Both the position numbers and the translations under genes were made by a program. Under the pieces are notes generated by a model. That model was not told where the DNA came from and did no database searches. It saw only the letters and a list, made by a program, of their open reading frames with translations. Source: Phycisphaerales bacterium (GTDB lineage Bacteria; Planctomycetota; Phycisphaerae; WQYP01). From it: a stretch of DNA of 25,210 nt. Positions 19,047-25,210 of the stretch are shown piece by piece (positions within the stretch are counted from its first letter, which is position 1; every line of letters starts with the position of its first letter). The DNA lies in the NCBI GenBank assembly GCA_027451365.1, contig DAIDJN010000015.1:1-25210 (forward strand), written 5' to 3'.

Positions 19047-19305
19047 GGAATGATTGTCAAACGAAATTCGGCGCGCATCGGATTTGGAAATTTTAGCCTA
19101 ACGTGTCGTGGTCGAGTCGTCAGGGTTCCCCGACAATTCGCGTCCATCGCACAATGTCGCGTCATCTGACCGGCGTGGCAACGGTTTGGGCGATTGTTGG
19201 CGCAGGTTGTGATCGAAACTGAAATTTCTTGGGGGCTGTGTTGGCTTTCAAGGGGGTTTTAGAGTGCTGAGCCGAAAATGGCTCTGGTTTTCGAGGAGAT
19301 TCATC

Positions 19306-20952
19306 ATGGTTCGTCGTAAACATCTGACTAGTTTGGCAATGATTGCGGCCGCATCGGCGATTGCCTTCTGCGGGGCAGCGGCACATGCAGATATCACCAA
19401 TGGATTCGGTTCTCCGGGAAACTGGGTTCTGAATGGGACGTCCACGTACACACCATTTATCAACGCAAGCGACCTTACGTTAACCACCGCTCAAGGAGGA
19501 GAACAAACCAGCGCCTGGTATAACACTCAACAGGATGTCGCCGATTCGTGGTCCGCTACGTTTACGTATCAGCTTTCCGGCACACCCTCTGGAAGTTCAC
19601 CAGCCGATGGGTTTATGTTCGTGGTTCAAAATGGCGCGACGACGGCATTGGGCGGAGGTGGCGGTTCCAAGGGTTACGAAAATCCCGCTGCAACCGGTTT
19701 CACCGCGGTCACTCCCAGTGTGGGGCTGGGCATTGAGCTGTTTTACAACAATGCCAGTTATTCGCAATTGGGACTAAATGGCAATTTTGTGAACGGCGGC
19801 AATGTTCCGGGCAGTACCCTGAATCTCGCAACGGATACCAATCCGATTAATTACACAATTAATTATTATGCACCGACCAGTTCATTTAGTGTAACCGCCG
19901 TTGATTCGGTCAATTCCGCGGACTCTTACAGCTACATAGCTTATGGGTTACCGAACCTCGCAAACAGCGCGATTAACGTCGGTACAACACTTGGCTCAAC
20001 GACCGGTTATGTTGGCTTTACTGGTGCCACGGGCGGTGCGTATTCTGAGCAGGATATCACCAATTTCAACTTTACCACCAACACGGGTGCCACACAGCCT
20101 GCTGGTTATACCGCTCCGGTAACGCCGTCATATATTCTTCAGACTCGCGCACCGGTAGCCCTGACGGCAGGAAGCTTTAATGTCGACAACGTGGTGGAAA
20201 ATACGGCGACGCTTACCACCAACACAGCCATTCCATCAAACGTGGCCACGCCGTTCGGCAACGTAAACACGTTCTATGAAGCTGGAACGTCGGTAAGTGG
20301 AACAGTTCTTGGCGGTGGCCTACCAACCTCACATCAGTTTGTCAGTCAGGCGGATGGCGTAACTACCTTCCAATTCCAGCACTATACCAATACCAACAAC
20401 GCACTGCGGCTCACCAGCGCGACCGGCGGTACGTCCAGCGGCACGATGACGCTCACCACGCCAACGGGCTTTACGACACTGGCCATTCTCGCCACTTCTG
20501 GCAATGCCGGAAGCAATACAAGCGGTACGGTCACATTGAATTTTGCGGACGGAAGCACCGTCACGACAGATTTTGGTGCACCGGACTGGTTCGCTGGCAC
20601 AACATCGTCCACCACGCCGGATGGCAACATGTTCGGTCTGGCTTTGTATGGTGGCGTAGGCCGCATTGACGTGCAGAATGCTTCCACATCAGGTCTGCCT
20701 GGCAACCCGAACCTTTACGAAACAGTGCTGAACCTTGCCAGTCTCGGAACAGGCAATGGGACGGTCAATGTAGCCGGCAAAGTACTTGATTCACTGACCT
20801 TCACGGTCAACCCCACCACCGGCCAGACGGACATTTTCGCAGTCAGCGGTGCGGCAGTAGTACCCGAACCTTCGCCACTGATTCTGATCACGGCCGGATG
20901 CGCCGGATTGTTATTAATCCGCCGCCGCCTCACCGGGTGCCGGCAAAACTGA
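19306..20952 (+). CDS. PEP-CTERM surface protein with N-terminal L-type (legume-like) lectin domain
   Basis: GAGGAG RBS then ATG 19306; signal peptide ending AAHA; lectin motifs LTLT, FTYQ, ADGFMFVVQN, GYVGFTGATG; C-terminal VPEPS-hydrophobic helix-RRR. Confidence 0.92.
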   Translation: MVRRKHLTSLAMIAAASAIAFCGAAAHADITNGFGSPGNWVLNGTSTYTPFINASDLTLTTAQGGEQTSAWYNTQQDVADSWSATFTYQLSGTPSGSSPADGFMFVVQNGATTALGGGGGSKGYENPAATGFTAVTPSVGLGIELFYNNASYSQLGLNGNFVNGGNVPGSTLNLATDTNPINYTINYYAPTSSFSVTAVDSVNSADSYSYIAYGLPNLANSAINVGTTLGSTTGYVGFTGATGGAYSEQDITNFNFTTNTGATQPAGYTAPVTPSYILQTRAPVALTAGSFNVDNVVENTATLTTNTAIPSNVATPFGNVNTFYEAGTSVSGTVLGGGLPTSHQFVSQADGVTTFQFQHYTNTNNALRLTSATGGTSSGTMTLTTPTGFTTLAILATSGNAGSNTSGTVTLNFADGSTVTTDFGAPDWFAGTTSSTTPDGNMFGLALYGGVGRIDVQNASTSGLPGNPNLYETVLNLASLGTGNGTVNVAGKVLDSLTFTVNPTTGQTDIFAVSGAAVVPEPSPLILITAGCAGLLLIRRRLTGCRQN

Positions 20953-20967
20953 TAATCCGGAACCGGC

Positions 20968-21005
20968 AGTCCGCCCCCGCCGTCAGCGGCGGTCGGGGGC
21001 GGACT
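20968..21005 (+). terminator. Strong GC hairpin after the PEP-CTERM gene (weak terminator or mRNA stabiliser)
   Basis: AGTCCGCCCCC ... GGGGGCGGACT stem with an inner GCCG-TCAG-CGGC, followed by only TATTT. Confidence 0.55.
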
Positions 21006-21058
21006 TATTTCCGCTGGCAGGCACCTGCCAAAAACGTTGTTGAAATTAGGAGCAACAA

Positions 21059-22102
21059 GTGAATATAAATAAATATTCAAGGCAGGCGCGGCATTTCGGC
21101 TTTACCCTGGTGGAACTTCTGGTTGTAATTGCTATTATCGCATTGCTTATTGCACTTCTTCTCCCGGCGCTGGCCTCGGCGAAGGAAGACGCCGATCGCA
21201 CCGTATGCGCATCGAATTTGCGGGGCATCGGCCAATTGGCGGCTGAATTTGCGGCCAGCAATCGCGGCTATTTTCCTCAGGGATATACCAACAATCAGTA
21301 TCGAACCGCTCAACCGTGTTATTTTCGTTTCGCACCGATTGTCCGGTACACACCAACAGTCCAATATGGCTCGTTCCCCTGGAGCGCCGATACCAGTCTG
21401 ACCTACTATGAAAACGATTACAGCGCCAACGGATGGCGAAACTACGGAACGCCGTTTCAGGTACTTGAACAATACAGCGGCAGTTCCACAGACAACAAGC
21501 TCGCGAGACTGTTTATATGCCCCAGCGCGCTGACCGAGGATTCGTTTCAACAGTGGCAGTTTGTCTTAACAGCCAGCTATCCGCCGCCGGATCCATCCAG
21601 CCATGAAATTCAGAAGCTTCCTGGTCTCCCACAGCTATCGTACGATCCTGTTCAGACCAGCGACAATTGGGCGCCGTTCATCGCTTTAGGCTACATGTAC
21701 CTGGGCGGTTACGGAAACAATCCATATCTGACGAGTGAAAATGGATTTTACAGCCCGGAAAACTGGCCGGGCAATACAGTAAATCCCAACAGCTTTAACA
21801 CGGCACTTCCTAAACCGGCCACTTCCTCAAATGGAAATCCACGTGATGTGCTTGCAGCCGATACGGTGGCCGAACAGTCAATGACTTCCAATGTCAGTGG
21901 CTACTGGTTCAACCATCCTGATGCGACCAATCCGCGGATTCCGGCCTTTCAGAATGTGCTCTTTGGCGACGGGCATGTTTTCGGATACAGCCATCCGTAC
22001 AGTACACTGTACACGTTTGCGTCCGGTCACGTAATGTCAAATTATGGTATTGCCCATGTATCTGGCGAAGGTCCCTATTTCTACTGGCCAACATCTCATT
22101 AA
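21059..22102 (+). CDS. Prepilin-type N-terminal cleavage/methylation protein (DUF1559 / H-X9-DG family)
   Basis: [25 protein letters not shown]...[16 protein letters not shown]-terminal [12 protein letters not shown] start after AGGAG. Confidence 0.93.
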   Translation: MNINKYSRQARHFGFTLVELLVVIAIIALLIALLLPALASAKEDADRTVCASNLRGIGQLAAEFAASNRGYFPQGYTNNQYRTAQPCYFRFAPIVRYTPTVQYGSFPWSADTSLTYYENDYSANGWRNYGTPFQVLEQYSGSSTDNKLARLFICPSALTEDSFQQWQFVLTASYPPPDPSSHEIQKLPGLPQLSYDPVQTSDNWAPFIALGYMYLGGYGNNPYLTSENGFYSPENWPGNTVNPNSFNTALPKPATSSNGNPRDVLAADTVAEQSMTSNVSGYWFNHPDATNPRIPAFQNVLFGDGHVFGYSHPYSTLYTFASGHVMSNYGIAHVSGEGPYFYWPTSH

Positions 22103-22373
22103 TGCCCCCCGCCCAACTGAAAACCGGAAACATCGGCACGCGGTTGGTGCGGGGCGGATAAACGACACTTAAACTCTGGAGACATGGTTGGCGGCGAAAG
22201 TCGCATTGTTCCCGCCACGCCCCTTTTTCACAATTAAAGGTTGTTTGATTTTGTTGAATTTTAGGTTTAATCAGCAGCGGTAAATCTGGTGAAATGTTTT
22301 TCAGTCGTTTAGTTGAACGATTTTTATGGTTGAACGAATCTTAACCACATTAAAGCGGCGAAGGAGTTGATAC

Positions 22374-25210
22374 ATGTTCTCACGGACGATGGGCGTATTT
22401 CTGCTGGCAGGCTGTGGACTGTTGTTTTCACCTCTCACCGCATCGGCCCAGATCGACGGTTTCATCAGTTTTGCCCCGGCCAACGTCAAGGGCGCAAAGC
22501 AGACCGGCTACGATGCGTCCGCCACCACTTTCACTCTGACCGACGGCGGTCAGAATCAGGCCACCAGCGGATTTGATGCCAAACGCCAGAATATACAGGC
22601 GTTTAAGACCGGCTTTACTTATCAGGCACAAAACATTCCCAACGGTGGGGGTGACGGCATCGCGTTAGTCATTCAGAACTCCCGCCGGGGCACGCATGCC
22701 TTGGGTGCCAATGGCGGCGCACTGGGCTACGGCGGGCCGGCGGGTATTACCCACGGCGTTGCCTTTGAAATCAACATCTATCCCTCCGCCGCGCCGGCCC
22801 CCGTCCAAAGCCTCGGATTAAAGGATGGCATCACCACCGGCTCGCTGCCGCCGAGCCATTGTATTGGCGTGTATGTGGCAGGCGGCGGCAATACCGGAGA
22901 GTATATTGATACACCGGGTGTCAATCTGGCCAGCGGCCATCCCATTCGTATTGAACTGGCTTACAATGGCATTGATCTCCGGCAAACGTTAACCGATGAA
23001 GTAACCGGCAAAGTGTTCAAAGCCATTTCCCGCATTGACATTCCATGGCGTGTCGGCGGCAATAAAGCCTATATCGGGTTCACGGGAGGCAGTGGCCTGG
23101 CCAGTGCCCGGCAAAGCGTGACCGATTTTATGTTCAAATCCTTACCGGCCACCCGCGTCAGGAAGGTCTCTCAATTGGTCAAGCTGGTCGATCCGCTTCT
23201 GGGCACCGGAACCGGCCCCGGCGGGTCCATCAATCTTTTTCCTGGCGCCACGGTGCCGTTCGGAATGGTGCAGTTAAGCCCGGACACGGAGTCCAATGGA
23301 TTTGGCTATCACTATTATCAGCCTGACATTCAGGGATTCAGCATGACCCACATGAGTGGACCGGGCTGTAATAATGAAGGCGACGTGTTTTTCACAGCAA
23401 CCACCGGCAAGGTGCACACCCAGATTCAAAACTTTCAATCGACCTATTCGCATAGTCTGGAAAAGGCGACACCCGGATATTATGGCGTGCGGCTGCTGCG
23501 GTGGAACATTGCCGCAAGGGTTACGGCGACCACCCGGGCCGGTATCGCCCGGTTTACATTTCCCGCCGGCAAGCCAGGCAATATTCTGTTGCCCATCAGC
23601 CATACCCTGAATACCACGCATCAGGCTCATCTGCACATTGTGAACCATCATGAAATCACCGGGTATGTCGTGGATCAGGATTTCTGCGGGGCAGCACCGC
23701 GGTATCATGTTTACTTTGTCATGACCTTCAATCATCCTTTTAACACGTTCGGAACCTGGACCGGCAACCACCAGACCGCCGGCTCCCGCGCTGTTACTCA
23801 GCTTCACCAGAAAGGATGGGTGGGCGGATGGGTAAGCTGGCCTGCGGCAGCCCACAAACGCAAAATCACCATGCGAATCGGTATTTCATATGTGGACCTG
23901 CGGGGCGCGGAAAACAATTTGAACCATTCCGCAGCACATGAAAGCTTTTCCGCAGCCTATCACAAGGCTCGAAACCTCTGGAATAAGGCGCTGGGTGTCA
24001 TTCGGGTGCATGGCGGCACACCCGGTGAACAGATCGTGTTCTACACCGCCTTGTACCATTCGCTGCTTATGCCCTCCATTTTCAGCGATGCCGATGGCCG
24101 ATACATCGGATTCGACAACAAAATTCACCACGTTGCCCCCGGCCATGACATTTACTGCAACTATTCCGGATGGGATATTTACCGCAGCGAATTCCCCCTG
24201 CTTTGCCTGGTGGCACCAAAACAGACACAGGATATGTGTCAGTCCATTGAGCTTATGTACCGTCAGGGTGGATGGATTGACCGCTGGCCACAGATTCACG
24301 GCTATACCAACGTCATGTGCGGCAGCCCGCTGACCACCTGCGCCGCCACGGCCTGGATTGACGGACTGCATGGGTTTGATATGTCGGCCCTGTGGCAAGG
24401 CATGGTCAAGGATGCGACACAGGCTCCCCCGCCCGGCCGGCCCTATGGCGGAGAAAGCAATATCAACTGGATCAATAAAATCCATTTTGATCCCAACAAC
24501 CATGAGGGCTATGGCTCGGTATCCCAGATACAGGAAGATTGCGTAGCCTATGCTTCCATGCACTATCTGGCACGGGCACTGGACAAGCCGCGGGCGGCGG
24601 CACTGTTCAAAGCCCGGGCACTTTATTTCAGGAATGTCTTTGATCCGAAGGACGGCTTTTTCCGCCCGCGGAATTCCAATCTCTCGTGGGTGCAGCCATT
24701 TAATCCATCGCAGCAATGGCATGGATTTATTGAAGGCTCCGGCTGGCATTACCAGTGGCTGGCACCACAGGATATGGCCTGGCTCGTGCATGCCGTGGGA
24801 ACGGCTCGCTTCAACCGGCGGCTGGAAACGTTCTTCAGCTACCGCCAGCCAGGCTGGTTCGGAAAATTTTACAATCCCTATAATGAAACAGACCTGGAAG
24901 CACCCTTTGATTTCAATTTTTCCGGCAAGCCATGGCGAACCCAATGGGCGGTGCGTAAGGTCCTGCGTCAGAATTACACGCTTTCATCCAACGGCGTTCC
25001 GGGCAATGATGACTGCGGGGAAATGTCCAGCTGGGCGGTCATGGCCATGATGGGCATCTATTCCGTAGACCCCGCATCCGGTGCTTACGAAATCTGCAGC
25101 CCGGTGTTCCACAAAGTCACGTTGCACCTGCAATCACCCTATTCCGGCGGCAAATTTGTGGTCACTGGTTCAGCCCGGCCCATTGAAAACCCTTACATTG
25201 AAGGGGTCAA
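22374..25210 (+). CDS. Secreted GH92 alpha-mannosidase fused to an N-terminal L-type lectin domain (3' end beyond window)
   Basis: Not in the ORF track because there is no stop in the window; translated by hand in parts. AAGGAG RBS at 22361, MFSRTMGVFLLAGCGLLFSPLTASA signal, lectin domain, then VDPLLGTG, FPGATVPFGMVQLSPDT, GFIEGSGWHYQW, PGNDDCGEMSSW. The start, the GH92 N-terminus and the last codons share one frame. Confidence 0.93.
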   Translation, partial: MFSRTMGVFLLAGCGLLFSPLTASAQIDGFISFAPANVKGAKQTGYDASATTFTLTDGGQNQATSGFDAKRQNIQAFKTGFTYQAQNIPNGGGDGIALVIQNSRRGTHALGANGGALGYGGPAGITHGVAFEINIYPSAAPAPVQSLGLKDGITTGSLPPSHCIGVYVAGGGNTGEYIDTPGVNLASGHPIRIELAYNGIDLRQTLTDEVTGKVFKAISRIDIPWRVGGNKAYIGFTGGSGLASARQSVTDFMFKSLPATRVRKVSQLVKLVDPLLGTGTGPGGSINLFPGATVPFGMVQLSPDTESNGFGYHYYQPDIQGFSMTHMSGPGCNNEGDVFFTATTGKVHTQIQNFQSTYSHSLEKATPGYYGVRLLRWNIAARVTATTRAGIARFTFPAGKPGNILLPISHTLNTTHQAHLHIVNHHEITGYVVDQDFCGAAPRYHVYFVMTFNHPFNTFGTWTGNHQTAGSRAVTQLHQKGWVGGWVSWPAAAHKRKITMRIGISYVDLRGAENNLNHSAAHESFSAAYHKARNLWNKALGVIRVHGGTPGEQIVFYTALYHSLLMPSIFSDADGRYIGFDNKIHHVAPGHDIYCNYSGWDIYRSEFPLLCLVAPKQTQDMCQSIELMYRQGGWIDRWPQIHGYTNVMCGSPLTTCAATAWIDGLHGFDMSALWQGMVKDATQAPPPGRPYGGESNINWINKIHFDPNNHEGYGSVSQIQEDCVAYASMHYLARALDKPRAAALFKARALYFRNVFDPKDGFFRPRNSNLSWVQPFNPSQQWHGFIEGSGWHYQWLAPQDMAWLVHAVGTARFNRRLETFFSYRQPGWFGKFYNPYNETDLEAPFDFNFSGKPWRTQWAVRKVLRQNYTLSSNGVPGNDDCGEMSSWAVMAMMGIYSVDPASGAYEICSPVFHKVTLHLQSPYSGGKFVVTGSARPIENPYIEGV

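Noticed and set aside
18285..19165. Small ORFs in the 1 kb gap (18285..18554, 18596..18823, 18854..19165)
   Set aside because: No clear RBS or motifs and non-protein-like composition; not called.
22118..22205. Fragments reminiscent of c-di-GMP-I (AAACC-GAAA-GG-ACGC) and glycine (CTCTGGAGA) riboswitches
   Set aside because: The remaining conserved cores (GCAAAG/P2 arm; CCGAAG and CTCAGG) are absent.
23886..24944. 352-aa minus-strand ORF (and 23274..23855)
   Set aside because: Antisense shadows of the GH92 gene, whose + strand frame carries all family motifs.
1..25210. CRISPR arrays, tRNA/rRNA genes, IS elements or integrases
   Set aside because: No regularly spaced repeats, tRNA cloverleaf signatures or transposase/integrase motifs were seen by eye.

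Overview
Chromosomal window of moderately high GC. It is most likely from a Planctomycetota (Phycisphaerae-like) bacterium, inferred from a PEP-CTERM gene next to a DUF1559/H-X9-DG pilin-like gene. There are four blocks. (1) Minus-strand run: JAB/MPN protease, CDF metal transporter, GH20 without a signal peptide, PfkB kinase (438-5217). (2) A divergently transcribed, partly translationally coupled 7-gene cluster of unknown function (5428-12124): MtnX-like HAD phosphatase, M20 deacylase, HemL-like class III aminotransferase, PaaK-like adenylating enzyme, SGNH hydrolase and two small ArnE/ArnF-like (SMR/EamA) membrane proteins. (3) Housekeeping dxr-rseP-holB. (4) A SusC/D-free, PUL-like carbohydrate locus: GntR/LacI regulator, about 1 kb non-coding gap, lectin-bearing PEP-CTERM surface protein, DUF1559 pilin-like protein and a secreted L-type-lectin-GH92 fusion. 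The GH92 gene runs off the window end and is missing from the supplied ORF track. No tRNA, rRNA, CRISPR array or mobile element was recognised. The best candidates for an undescribed system are blocks 2 and 4. All family calls come from motif recognition by eye, not database searches.
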